A stretch of 60,929 bases of DNA, filler included, from Gonapodya sp. JEL0774 (GCA_027604505.1; 6 parts of 6 records of this genome joined end to end with filler, not necessarily neighbours in it), one strand, 5' to 3'; positions 1-13,474 are shown, numbered from the whole stretch's first letter. Numbers and translations: made by a program. Notes: generated by a model not told the origin, from the sequence alone.

Positions 1-1389
1 ATTTTGATGGCGCGAGAAGGGGCCTATGTTTGCGTAAGCGATATATCATCCAAGAAAAGCGATGGGCTCGGTAAGTTTGAGTGTTGACCGAATCCTCATT
101 CCTGCGCCAATCGTCCAATGAAATCGTAATAGCTGTCGTCGCGGAAATCGAAAGTTTTGGCGGCAAGGCGATCTGGGTGCCCTTGTCAGTAACTGGAGTT
201 CGAGACCGTCTTCAAATTTGTGTTCTCATAATTTTCACCAACAAATATCGCTGCAGGGATGTTTCTCGAGACGATGACTGGATCGAAGCAGTCAAGTGGT
301 AAGCCAGTTGTGTGAATTTGGAGCCGCGCCAACACTATTTAGACAGTCCAATTGCTGTACGTGCTCGCAGCATTGAAACACATTTGTAAGTGCACCAATC
401 GCCTCGATCAACGCGATTACTGGAATGTCACAACTACATCTTTTGTATTCTGTCTCTCGAATCCACAGCGGGCCTCTAGATGTTCTCGTGAGTTCGATCA
501 TTGCAGTCAACCGTTTCCTGACCCCCTTACACAAGTGCACGATCGACCTGGCTCCACTTCTGCAAGGTCAACAATGCGGGTATTGCACTCATCGAACCTC
601 CCAAAACGTTCGAGGACATGACTGTGGACCTTTGGCGGAAGACGCAAAGTGTCAATGTGGAGGGTGTAATGTTGGGTTGCAAAGTGAGCACATCGTTGAT
701 TGAGTTTGATATCGCTTTGTATGCAGTTTTTGGATAACCACTCAACTCATTTTATAGCACGGTATGCGTATTAGTGCTCTTGATCAGCTCATGTTCACTC
801 GCTCAGAGGCGTAACACTTCCTCCATTTCCATCAGCGATCAAGTCCATGCAAAAGAATCCTGCTTTGGAATTCTGCTCCATTGTAAACATTTCTTCACGT
901 GCTGGTTTCATTGGATCCCCGACACTCATTTCATACGGTGCGTCCAAGTGGGCGGTGCGCGGTCTCACCAAGAGCATCGCAGCGTACGCCTCCATAAATA
1001 AGTACAAGATCAGAGCAAATAGCGTACGTGAGTAAGAATTTTGATGTTGGATCTCGCCGGTGGTGTTACTGAACTGAGAATATCGCCGCGCACTTCTAAC
1101 TTGTGTTCCAGACCCAGGTGAGTCATGACCCCGCTGAGTGTTCACTGTGGGCTCTTGTAAACCAGCTGTCTCACTTGATCTCTTAGGTCTCATTAAAACC
1201 GACATGACCCGCGGAGCGGGATGGTTTGACGGGTCAGACAAACTTATGAAACCCCGCATGGAGAGGGGCATACTACTCCGTAGATCCGCAAACCCAATTG
1301 AGGTTGCGAATATGGTACTCTTCTTGGCGTCGGATGAAGCAAGTTTCTGCAACGGATCCGAGTTTTTGGTTGATGGAGGGGTGCTATAG
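1..1389 (+). CDS. Classical short-chain dehydrogenase/reductase (3alpha,20beta-HSD/cyclopentanol dehydrogenase-like), 5' truncated, about 10 exons
   Basis: The spliced read gives ILMAREGAYVCVSD...WVPLDVS...FGPLDVLVNNAGI...VNVEGVMLGCKHAIKSM...SIVNISS...YGASK (YxxxK)...IRANSVHPGLIKTDM...FLASDEASFCNGSEFLVDGG*. All introns are GT-AG. Micro-exons at 758-761 and 1112-1117. Confidence 0.92.
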
Positions 1390-1701
1390 GAGTGGGGTAA
1401 TTCTCTGGCATGTGACAGAAACTACAACTAGCGCTGGTAGATGCTCTAGTATGAAACCGAATTCAGGAATTCATTGGGAATCTGATACGCAAGAGCTTGA
1501 CCATTGCCTTCGGTGGCATAACAACTCTATATATTATCGACAAAATTCCGCAAAATCTCACATTCGCCAGTACTTATGTAAACCAAAACAAGAGCGTTTA
1601 TCATACTATCGTCTGAAAATTAGGGAGATAAAGATTATGTTATGATAACGACGATGCGAAGTAAAAAATAATGTCCGAATGTCTAAAGATCGATCGCAGT
1701 A

Positions 1702-4700
1702 CTAATAGTCAAATTCACTGCCGACTCTCCAATGCCAGAGACTCTGAAACTTCTCAATAATTTCCTCTCGAGTCATCTGACTTGCTTCATCGGCCGGCCA
1801 TTCTCGTAATGTGTGCTGGTTGCCGGAAACCGAAGAAACATCCCTAGCCCTACCGCCCAATGTGGGTCCACTGTCAGAACTGGTTCTTCCGTGATATTCC
1901 GAGGATTTCGATCGTGCAGACGACCGAGTTGTCGCAGTCCTATTTTCAATCTCTGTAGCAACGGGCTTGGCGTTATTCTCTTCGTCCGTTGCCTCTTCCA
2001 GGATCATGTCCTCCTTCCGATCCGCCACATGGGCAGGCCCAGCACCAACCAAACGAGGACTTTGTAATAAAGAAGATGCAGAAGAAGAGCGTCGCTTCTC
2101 GGCCGATCGAGATACGGAGCGAGTGACGCTTCGCTTGATCCCTTTGCCGAGGGCTACCGTTCCCGCGACCGGTTCAGTGAAGAGCCCGACGGCGCCTTGA
2201 CCAAAGCCTACCGCAGCTCCAACTATACCGTGCTGTTTTGCTCCTTTTATCGGCTTTGTGAAGAATCCCATTATTGCACTTCCGAAACCACTTGCGAAAG
2301 CTTGCAGACCAGCAGCAGCCCCATCCGGTCCTTCCGGTCCATCTTTTTTCCTAGAGGCTCGCTGAGCAAAAGAAGCCTCACTGGGAGTGCTGGATGAAAA
2401 AGACTCCTGGCGGGTATTCCGGCGTGAAAGAGAGCTGCGCGGAGATATGGCGAGATCCTCCATTGAGGTTCGCATCGATGAAGCAGGAGATGCGATGAAT
2501 TGATCGACGGATGTTCGCGGGTTTGTGTGATCTGATTCATCGATGTCTAAATGGAATATAGAAACAGTATTCAGTAGGATTGCCTCTAGTTTAGCGATGA
2601 GAGCATGCCATACCAGGGGAGGAATCGACTCCAAGGCCAGTCTGAAAGACGATTTGATTAGGTCCTTCCAAGTCAGTAGATCTACGCCTCAGTCTCTTTG
2701 CTGCCGCGGCGAGTAAACCGGTCTGTGTGCAAGTAAGTAAGTTTTCAATGAACTGCAACTAGTAGACTAGGTGTCACTCACTAAGACATCACTCCCGCTT
2801 GCCGCGCCGGAACCCCACTGCGTATTTGCGTATGGATACAAATAGTCTCGTCGGACAAACCCTTCTTCAACTAGAACTCGGGCAACGGGAGTTGAAAGGA
2901 TCATATTGGCGTCCTCGGAGAACCACCTGGCGAGAAGATTCGAGTCTATATCACAAATCTGTGATCAAGTAGCGTGAGGACTTGGTCACAAGAATATGGA
3001 GACAATTCTCAAACGGCAGCGGCCACTTACCATCCGCTCTAGAGGCAAATGTTTGTGGAAACTATCAACCCCTGCAGCGACTCCATCTTCCTTGCTCATC
3101 TCCGCTGACAGTGCGGCAGCAGCCTTGCGTGCTTCGGGACGAAGACAAAACTCGATTGCGTCCGCGAGCTTGTCGGTTGTAAGAGACTTGAACGCGATTG
3201 GTGGGGGACCACATCCCATTCTCGCAACCTTCCAGAAACCAACATTGCAACAACATTTAACATTACCGCAACAAAATCGAAATCCATTCGAGATACTACC
3301 ATTGCTCCCCACTGAATAGGATGTATAAGCAGAAGTACATACAGCACACCACATCAGTCATCAAACCGGTGCACTGTACACGTAAACCGAATTTCACTCA
3401 CGAAAGGCTGATCACCGAAAAACGAAACGACACTTGTTGGGCATCCGCAGAGTAGGCTGGTAATGTGGCACCATGTATCCGAAATGAGTGTCATGATGGT
3501 CCACAGACCAGTGGGACTCGAATACTGACCCTGTAGCTGTTGTTCCCGCGCCACCATGATGAACTACCGCAGAAACGTTTCTGAACAGCCAGTCGTGCGG
3601 GCATGGGCCAATCTGAAATGGTATGCAAGATATCTGTTAATGGAATCCCGTCGACCAATCAATGAACTACGCCCCACAGGCTCACCAGGTACACGTCTTC
3701 CGGCACCTCAAGATCGCTACCGCCGAGACCACCCCATCCTTTTGATACCAAAGCCCTCACTCCGGCTTTCCTTACAGCTTCAAAAATGGTCATGGTCAGC
3801 TTGTTCGGGTCATCTACCACGATCGACCCAAATCCGATGTACACAATGGGTTTGTCCTTCTTCTCAAGGAATGTTGTGAGTTCGGCTGGAGGCTGGTAAC
3901 CTTTTTCACCCGAACCTGGAAGGAAAAAGAACCCGACGACATCGATATGATCGCCCCAGTCCGCCGGTTTCGGTATCAAATTGGGGCTCCAAGTGTACGA
4001 GTGGGGGATGCGAAGTTGTTTTGCAATCCATGGACCAGTTTGAATATCCAGTCGCGAAAGACCAAGATCATACTGGCGGAAGTCTGAGATGAAACGCGAG
4101 TTAAAAACAAGGAGACTCAGGGCACCTCGTACTCTTTCCTTACCGTTAATTATGTCCCCAAGACCCTCCCACGTTAGAAGATCTGTCACATCGAAAGACA
4201 TCTTATTAGCCAGGGAGGGTGTGGTAGTGGTGGAAACAATATTTGCCTGAAAGTAAAGAAATGAGTCAGCTACAACGTACGGCTTGATACAATTGAAGGA
4301 CTAACCAGAGGATGAGGGAACGCTGTGGTGGAGGACCTGATCATGATGCGGAGGGTTGGTGAGCAATGAACCCAAATCACATGAAGCATCATTAAGTATT
4401 CACCACGGCATTGTGAAAAACACATGCACTGGAATTCCAAGCTTTTCGGCAACATGAATGTGCGCGAAGACTGGAGGGTTAGAAATTATCACATCGGCGA
4501 GAAATGGCGATTCGCCTTCTTCTGAATCAGTTGCAGCCTTGTAGGTGCTCTTAATTATCTCTCGCATTTGAGTGCGTTTCTTCCCAACGTCACCAGCACG
4601 AATAGATGAAATTCCAGGAAGTACCCCAGGATCTCCAACGATGCGAGCATCAGTCTTCACTCGAAGCGAAACAGTTAGTAAGATGAAAGCCTACTTTTGA

Positions 4701-6622
4701 CCATGTACGCCATCAAATCCGCGGGATCGCCTCCTAGAGGGTAATATTCGAGACCAGAGTCGGTTACAAACTTGCGGAAAGTTTCATGCGTGGCTAAACG
4801 AACTCGATGACCGAAAGGATGTTTGGGCGATGGCGCTTGTAGCCGCTTGCCCAACGCAATAAATGGCTGAACATCTGCAGTTGATCGGTGGGAGAAAAGA
4901 AAGACACAAATTGGGATGAGTTTAAGACAATTTACTTGCCAAACAAAGAGATATTGTACCTCCGCGACTTCCAACAATCGTTATCAAAACATTCAATCTC
5001 GGCACGGTGAAGGCGTCACGCACTCCAATCAGCTTCCGCCTCGCCAAATTCTCGTTTGCTTCAGCGACTTTCTCTTGCTGAACCATTTGAGATAATTTGC
5101 GTACTTCCGTGAACGGACGAGGAGGCGTACTGGATTCAACGTCGGAGGTGCTTGAATCCTCGGCGTCTACGTCACCTGTGAACAAAGCGCCAATACCTAA
5201 ATCTTCAATGTCAAGATCGAGACGGCCTTCACTATTGACTGTGGCATTGATGTTGGAGCTGACCCGTCGATTTAGGATTGAAATAGGGGCGCCAAAGCTA
5301 TGCTGCTTCGTGGTTACCGGACTAGATTCGATGGTCGTGATCAGTCGGGCATTTTTCATGGAATCTTCTGCCTGAGCGGGCGCTAGCGAGAATTGAATGC
5401 GAGTCCCTCTCTTCTCCTTCCTCGAGCTGGTGGTTGATTTGGCGACTTTTTGCGAAGCATCTGTCTCAGATGGAACAGATTCGATGTCTGTTGTTAATTT
5501 CTGCGTCGAACTACTCGGGAAGCGATCCACAGTCCAAAAAGCGTACTGAATCGGTGTTGAAAACGTCTAGTAGGAAAAATTTCGATACACCTGACTGGCG
5601 CAGTTGGCTCGAATTCATTGAGCACGTACCTTGCTGGCTTTAGGTACTACGCGACCGTCCCGCAGCTTCGAGACAGTGGGAACAGGTAACTCCCACGCAC
5701 CGGGCCGCTCAGTAACAAGGTACTGGCAAAAGTCGTTTACGAAAGCACGACAGTTAGACCAAAAAGAGGGGTGCCTCCAGTGACTTGCACCCCACTTGTT
5801 GGCGAACTGAACTGCATCAATAGAGGTACGAGTTGTCTTCCCCACAGGAATCAGGCGATGGCCTTGGTGCATCTTCACCCAATCTCTTGCATAATATTCA
5901 TCAATGCAAAGGAGACGAGGCATCGTGAAAGAGTCAACAGAATGGTCCGAAGCAACATGTTTCGCCCTCGGTAGGGATGCTGTGGAGCTCAATGTACCAG
6001 CATTCCTTGGCAGCGAAAGTGCAGGCTGAACAAGAGGTGCGTTAGAATTCAGCGAATGTACAAAAGTGGGCTTGTTCAAGGCTGTCCGGCGAGGAACCAC
6101 TGTTTCGTCCATCTGATTTGAGGTGAGCGCAAGGTGAAAAGGCCACATCCGGTAAAATAAAGGCCCAAACGCGCAGTGGTCTCTCGCAGAAGCACTCACT
6201 AATACTTTTGATTCCGTCTGTGGGTCAAGTTCGTACTTCACAATTCGAATTCCTCCGGGATTCCCATCGTCGAACGAAGCGACAGCATACGGAATGAGCA
6301 TATGATCATGGCCATGATCGTGATGCGGAATAAGCGAGAGAACCCCTGCCACGGGCCACGCAAGTCAATCATTATGCAGAGATATGTACTTTCCAAGTCG
6401 GGCCACCATCAGAAAACGACACTGACCTGGCTTATTCAAAGGCGCGAGACCAATAAATACAAAGTTTCTTGGACTCATTGCTGAAGCCGTGGAAGAATGC
6501 GCGCTCTGAGCGAGTGATTGCTGCCGGACAGCATCCAGAACACCGGGAAAGGTCCCTTTCGAGGTCGATCCACCAGTTCCAATTCCGGCTCCTACAGCAG
6601 GCTGCGGATCCTTCGTCTTCAT
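1702..6622 (-). CDS. Sterol 3-beta-glucosyltransferase (GT1, GT28-type N-domain, UGT80/UGT51-like) with an extra N-terminal PPPDE/LRAT-like domain
   Basis: Motifs [75 protein letters not shown], and a C-terminal [20 protein letters not shown] segment. ORF 5615-6352 joins in frame to ORF 4922-5530 through intron 5567-5629 (AAG|gtacgt...ctactag|ACG). Confidence 0.88.
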
Positions 6623-8441
6623 GATGGTCCGGTTTTACAGCGTTGAGTTTTATGCAAAATCGAAGATCGCCCAAGGGGGCGGGTATACCACAATTTTCCA
6701 CGTTGGACATCCCGTGCAACACATAACGTTCCCCAGCACTCAGCGCATCCACCTCTCCACCTTATCGCCACCCACATTCTTTGTCGTCACCACTTGTTGT
6801 GCACACCCACCACAGTACTGAGTACTGACACGTCTTCCCCCCTACTTTTGACTAGCACTGCTCAGCGGCCTCCAACTTACGTGGGAACACTTACACTGGT
6901 GAGTTGACAACTGTGCTCAAACCTAGTGTGTGACAACCGCACCAGGACACACCTTTCTCGGCTATCTGGACGCCTGGGACTGTATCTAACTGTAATATAC
7001 TCGCGATCGTATCTTTACTGATCTCCAAACATCGCAAATCAGATCCGGCTCAGCACATAACTCACAACCAATAAATCAGAACGCTGCAAGTGCATCGGGT
7101 TACTGGTTTCCGTCTCAGGAAGCAATGGACTTCTCAACCGGGAGACGTGTCGACGGCCAGACAGTTGTTCAGTTCTCGCTCCGGATTCACAAAAACACAA
7201 TTGGGAAATATATATGACGTTATACATCGCCTGACGGCTTGGCGTTCAAAAGGGCCAACGTTCAACTATTTGATCTCAGTGGTGGACGCAGTGGTGGCTA
7301 TTATGAAAAAGTGCGACATTATGTAAGCATGTGCAAGATCGCTTTGAAAAACTGTCCAAACCCGTTTTGATGAATTTTTGAGAGAGGGAGACGTCAGAAT
7401 ATGATTCTGAGGAGTTTGATACTGTCATGAGGACTGCACTTGCACAGGAGGATGGTGTCCGGCAACGGCTGTTGTCTCTCATGTTCCATACATAATGAAG
7501 CATCTTTTCCTTGTACATGGTCCAACTGCCGATTTGATGGCGATCAATTGACCCAGTCTTCCGCATACACACTCGGCTGGTGCTGTCATAGCCTACTGGT
7601 CTGCTCTTGAGTGTTTTCAGCTCAGCAGCTTCCTGGTGCCCCTCAGACTAAGATCACAAACAATCACTCATAGCGGAAACACCTTTCACGATTGGAAAAT
7701 GTATCTCTACGCTCAGATTTGAGTTCTCAGGTCATTTGTCGTCGTCATCGGGTGAACTTCTCAACAGACATGCAACCGGGGCACATCGAGAACTTCACGA
7801 GTGAGTGGTCAAAAATGGTATCACATGAGATACAGATACCTTGCCAAGACAAATCTCAATCTTGAGTCCCGCTCAAATTCCTCCTTGGCGACCTAGTGTG
7901 AGCAATCCCAAGAACCAATCCGTGCTCGTTTCCTCGGCAGGGAGTGCCTCCACGGGTCGATCCTCATCGCGCGTATCATCACACTTCCCTTGAAGAAATC
8001 AGATAGGCCTGTAGGCGCTCATGAGACGAATTGGTTCTCTCGATGATTGAAGCACCGATCGGGGGAAACCTCGATTATCCGAAGGCACGGATATTCAGAC
8101 ATTGAGTCTTTGCTATGGACGACGCGATGATGCTCACTGGTTGCGCCCGGCGCTTTCTGGTGGAATCGAAGTTCTGACATTGACCCTGAGGCGATGGACT
8201 CTGCACATCTGAAACAGTTCAATTTACTTCGTAATATTGATAAGTTGGGCATATTAGCCGGCCCCAAGTTCCTAGCTAGTCGAGGTCAGCATAGAAGCTT
8301 GCCACACTATTTGTTTATTTTACATGATACAGGAATGACGGTCGGTCATTAATCATGCTCCATACTTCAGCAAGAGACGTCATGGAAGTACATAAGATTT
8401 GAAGGTTCGTGAGATGACGAACTGCTGCATGAGTTACTCTT

Positions 8442-10089
8442 TCAAAGGCTGACAGTTCCAATCGCAGTTCCGTAGATATCTGTTTTGGGTTTCTTGAGTT
8501 GCTTGATTTGATACTGCACGGAATAGGGCAACATGAAGAGAAAGAAGCGTGAGGTATCAGTTCAGTGAGTTCCCTGGGGGAGCGGCTGTGGTGGCTGGAG
8601 CTGTGCCGTTTCGCTCACCTCATTGTGCTCCCGTTTACCACGACGGGGTTTTACTTTTCGAGGTGTGTATTTGTACTGTTAAATTGAGCCAGAAGTAAGC
8701 TCGGATTATTCACGAACACAAGTACGGAACCTTGATCCAGGGCGACACGACAACTTACCCCAGGATACATCTCACCATGCTTCCTCCTACACTCTTCAGC
8801 AACAACCGAGTATTTTTCTTTCACATCCTTGGTTTCGTTCGCCCATCTCTCGCCAACCAACCTCGATACACGAATGTTGCTGATCGTCTCGCCCCGGGCG
8901 AGGTGCTCAGCGATTATGGCACGACTACAGTCACGTCGGTACAGAATAAAAGAGTTGGGAGGCCGTGGTACGATTGCCGGTCGGGGAGTGTTGCTTTTAC
9001 CCCGACCCGAATAAGGATCGTGAACATCATCAGCAGATGTAAGTTGCTGGCTGACCGACGCGGATCGCAAGTTGATCTTGCGAAGCAGCGAATGGAAAAA
9101 GGGCAGAGTCAAAGATAACATTTTCAGGCAGATAAAGCGCCGACTAGGTTGAAACCCACCTTTCCTTTGAGCCCTCTGCCCTTCTCCGCTGGAGACTCCA
9201 GTGAGAATACGCTGCTGCTAGTAGAGTCACTGCGCTCGGGTGTGTAGGCCAAATGAGCACCACACAACCGGGGATCAAGAAACCAAACCGTCGCAGGGTT
9301 TCCTTCATTTGAGGTGGACAAGTATTCGGCAGTTGCACAGTCGTCATCTTCCAGCACAGGATCTGCACTAGAATCTACGTAATCAAAGTCATTTGTGCAT
9401 GGAGTGTACCATGAGGTATTGATTTCCATGGAATTGGTGACCCTTCCGTGAGATGACTCCGAACTCCGTCGTGAGGTCCCCACCGGACTGTCAGGGCAAT
9501 ATTTGACCGCTGGCTCATGACTAAGGAGATGCGCTGATTGGGCAGTGTCGACCCTGAAGTAGGGAACGAGAATGGGTGGAGCCATGGATGTTGTGAGACT
9601 ATGAGGACCTGTTGTGCTCGCGCATAGTATGTATGATGGTGTGAGAGGTGCGACTACTTGAGGATCGTTGACCCAGCCAGACCACACCGCTGATTCTCCA
9701 AAGTCGTCTCCGTCAGCGTGAGTGGGTTGGGGGTTGGCATGTTCAGTTCCACGATCAGATATACTTCGTGGCTCAGAATCACTGGCTACCACGCCGTCAG
9801 GTCTGAGGCTCGGATGAAGTCCCGCCATTAACTTCTCCGTGTCCCACTCCTCCGCAAAATCGATGATTTCAAGTGGGGGATACATCGGTGATTGATCGAA
9901 GGTGATATTCGGTTGCTGACAGGCGTCCGGAGAGACGTCAGCGAGGACGGCGGACGAATGGAGACACTGGGACAGCGAGACTTTCAGAGACATGTGAATG
10001 GCTCGTTGATGGAGTGAACTGGTACGGGCAATGGGGGTCGCTGGGTGACGGCACCGCTCAAGAATGCTTAATATCGTGCATCGACGCAC
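8442..10089 (-). CDS. HMG-box transcription factor (MATA_HMG/SOX-TCF class); start uncertain, near contig end
   Basis: VPRPPNSFILYRR...ISNIRVSRLVGERWANETKDVKEKYSVVAEECRRKHGEMYPG|YKYTPRK, split by an intron. Long low-complexity N-terminal exon. Last exon ends ...GTVSL* at 8442. Confidence 0.85.
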
Positions 10090-10118
10090 CTTGGAGTGTA
10101 CAATATCCCAGTCAAACT

Positions 10119-10218
10119 NNNNNNNNNNNNNNNNNNNNNNNNNNNNNNNNNNNNNNNNNNNNTTAATTAATTAANNNNNNNNNNNNNNNNNNNNNNNNNN
10201 NNNNNNNNNNNNNNNNNN
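10119..10218. other. Artificial contig linker (N44-TTAATTAATTAA-N44)
   Basis: The identical 100-nt spacer, with stops in all frames, occurs five times in the window. Confidence 0.99.
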
Positions 10219-10220
10219 AG

Positions 10221-10873
10221 CCACAAGCCCCCAATATTCACGTGAGTGCATGGTTCACTGAATTCAGAAATTCGTCGCTGAGAGACAATCGCCCTGCATT
10301 CTGTTCCGACAATAGCCACAAGTCCACAATACTCTCGTGAGTTGTTTTCCGTGTCCTTCAACACTTTGGTCTCATACATTCTTGTCGTTTGGTAATTAGC
10401 CACGTCCCCGCAATACTCACCTACGTCACCTTCGTATTCGCCCACATCCCCATCCTACTCTCCGACCTCACCTTCGTATTCTCCGACCAGTCCGAGCTAC
10501 TCCCCTACTAGTCCCGGGGTCGGTGGAGGTGGCGCGGGCCCCCATGTTCCCCCACCCGGCCCATCGTATTCCCCATTGGCTGGTATGTTTGACAGAACCT
10601 CACTGAATTGTCCTATCCTAACCATCAAACGTTCCTGATATCTTTAGGAGCTACGAGCCCGACATACAGTCGTGAGTATACCAAGAAACACTACCGACTC
10701 TTGTGATGGAGTCGAAGGTCTAAGCGGTCGGGTACCGGAAAATAGCCTACAGTGCCGGTGCTTCCTCACCAAACTATTCTCCGCCGGTGCCAATGTCCCC
10801 CTATCCACGTGCTGGGTCCGGAACCAATGGCCCGTCAGGAACAGGTACTGGTGTGAACGGGAAGAAGAAATAG
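10221..10873 (+). CDS. RPB1: RNA polymerase II largest subunit, C-terminal heptad domain only (5' truncated)
   Basis: Exons 10221-10241, 10316-10336, 10400-10582, 10648-10671 and 10746-10873 splice to [19 protein letters not shown] (YSPTSPS)x4 YSPTSPG...[22 protein letters not shown]...GKKK*. Confidence 0.9.
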
Positions 10874-11810
10874 AATTGTGGATGCAAAGGTACGTTGGTT
10901 GAAGCTTGGGGGATCGGGTGATATGCCACCTCACGCGGCGCACTCCGCCCGCGGTTCCACGACCCGGTAGAGTAGTAGCGGTGGTGGAATGGAATGGCCT
11001 CTTCTCGAACGTTCGGACGCTTCGACCGATTTGCCGGGCTTTGGCACGTTTCTCTTCCATTCGCCTCTCTAATGTACAAAAGAACACCCAAAAACAAGCA
11101 ATACTATCACGAAATTTTTGCAGATTGAAAGATCAATTGGCGAAGATGATTGTGTGCTCACATTTGGAAGGCGCCAGACTGTGTGAACAGCGTGATACTC
11201 GCAGATCCGATAGTTGAGCGTTCATTCTGTAATTGCTTAACAGTCAATACGATATTCTCATATCAAATGAACACTTTGACGGTCAATATATGCAGCTGAC
11301 GGTGGCAATCCGGATTAGTCGTCATGGGAGCTTTATCCTTGCAAATTCTACGTCGCTGATGAACGGAATGTGTCTGATTTCTACTCAAGGATGCATGCAT
11401 TGATCATAATGCACTTGACGAGGGCCATGCGGTGTCAGTGTTTGGTTCATATTCCCTCGGTACCACTGCATAATCTTGGAATTCGAGAGCCTGAGCGTGT
11501 TAGGTCATGCTTGTTGCGAGTAACAGAAGTTGTGCACATTCACAAACTCCATTCATGCTCGCCGACTTTGCGTTACCCTGATACGGTGGGTTGTGGTGGG
11601 TTCAAGATTGGCCGCTGAATTCGTATGCTTCGAACGAGTTCTTCGTCGACGTAACTTCAATCACGATATGGCCAGCATAATTGAAAGGAACATGCGGTCG
11701 AGGTAAGAACCATTGGTTATACCTTCAGTTCGGCTGACCGTTACGTCACGAAAATATCCTGTTCGGGAATGTCCACTTCATGCTCACCACCAAAACCGTC
11801 TGACGCGCAT

Positions 11811-13474
11811 ATGCTCTCTTTTCAATTGCTCAGTATCGCCACTATCTTTCTAATATTGGCTCTAGTGACTGCGGTTGTCGGTCGGTCGCCCAATACGAAG
11901 TTGGTGGACAATGCTCCCTCCCGATGGGCACGACACCCTGATCGACACGGAGCTAATCACCACCGTGAGTTCCCTCTTGTACAACGTCCATTGTCTGGAG
12001 TGTCAGTTCATCTTCTGATGTGCTGGCTGTACTGAATCGAAACTGACTGGGTCCCGGTATCATGGCAGGGCGTCAATTGAACTCAACTATCGATACACCT
12101 GCGTGCTTATCAGGACAGACTCTGTGCTTTCAATCGTGTATCTCTGCGAGTAGTAACTGTGTAAGTTTGACTGTCCCGGAACACTTTTTCTCCGCGCTGG
12201 TGTAACTTCAGACGTTGGACTAGTGCTCCACCCTCGACGTGTTTTGCCAGAGCAGTGGTATTGACTGTTGCTTAAAGGCATTTTGCTGTGGAAACAATAC
12301 AGTGTGTTTAGGCTCCGGCGCAAACAAATCCTGTTCATCTTTCCTCCAGTAAGAGAAGAATTCACATTTGCGTCGTTTTTTGTCTTTCTTTTAAGTTGTC
12401 ACTGTCTGCAGCTCTGCTTCGGACTTAACTGAGAACTCAAGCCTCTCTCTAGGATCTATTGTGGGTGGTACACTTGCGGGCATTGGCGCATTTGTTGCCC
12501 TGGGTCTTGCGTTCTGGCTGTCGCGAAGAAGGTCTTCTTCTCTCGCTGCAACTGAGGAAGCTGTTGAAAAAAGGTTAGCTTGGAAACATATTGCGTCGTC
12601 TGGCTATGCATCCAGTGGCTCACAATTGTTGTTCTTGCACCTCATATGTTCCTCATGTTCAAATGGTCTTTCGGATCTCACGTAATCGTCGGCACGATGA
12701 AAACCAATAGCGAGAGTCCGGAACCGCCCAATTTTGTGCCGGTATGTGCTACCATTCACATCACAGCTTGTTGCTCTATGATGTTTAGCATTTCGCTTTC
12801 ATTTCCTCGTGGTGACCAGCCACATTGGCTTTTCGCACGACTCGCAGGACCAAGTGGGCTGAATCAAATCAGCGTTGAATACATCGGATCATTATGTACC
12901 GCCGTATCTTCGGTGTGTTGTAATTTTCAATGCGCTCTCCGTTTTGGGGCTGAGCATGATTATTGCCATCTCAGTACACACCCAAGGCAGAGGACGAAAT
13001 GCCTTTGGAAGTGAGAAATCGTGTTCGTCTGAAGCGAGTATTCAGAGACGGATGGGGCATTGGTGAAAAGTAAGTAAATCGCACGTGCCACCTCGATAGA
13101 ATCCTTCTGACAAAACTATTTCTGTGATCAAGTCTTGAAACCGGTGCTCGTGGGATGCTCCCACTGTACGTAACAAACTGCCCAATTAACAATCCCTGCG
13201 ACTAATATCACCATAAATATCCCGCAGGTCCTGCCTGGAGTTCGCAGATGATGGCAGCTTTCCATCCTACGCGCCGTCTGCCCTCACATCGCATTCTCCC
13301 CGTCGGCGTAGCGAGTCCGCTATCAAGATTCCATCTGCGCTTGTAAATGCACCATTGGGGAACTCCGGGCCTGGGGGCCCACCCCGATCACATACGACCC
13401 TGTCGCAGTCCATCTTCATTGCCGGCAATAACCTCAATATCGAAGTTCAAAAAGACAATCAAACGGCAGCTTGA
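11811..13474 (+). CDS. Hypothetical membrane protein(s) with signal peptide; exon structure uncertain
   Basis: Signal-like MLSFQLLSIATIFLILALVTAVVG followed by a gtgagt donor. TM exon GSIVGGTLAGIGAFVALGLAFWLSRRR. Further hydrophobic exons and a Ser/Pro-rich last exon. Confidence 0.35.

Noticed and set aside
7000..8300. Possible minus-strand exons (e.g. VAKEEFERDSRLRFVLAR near 7840-7893)
   Set aside because: I could not build a consistent gene model or recognise a family.
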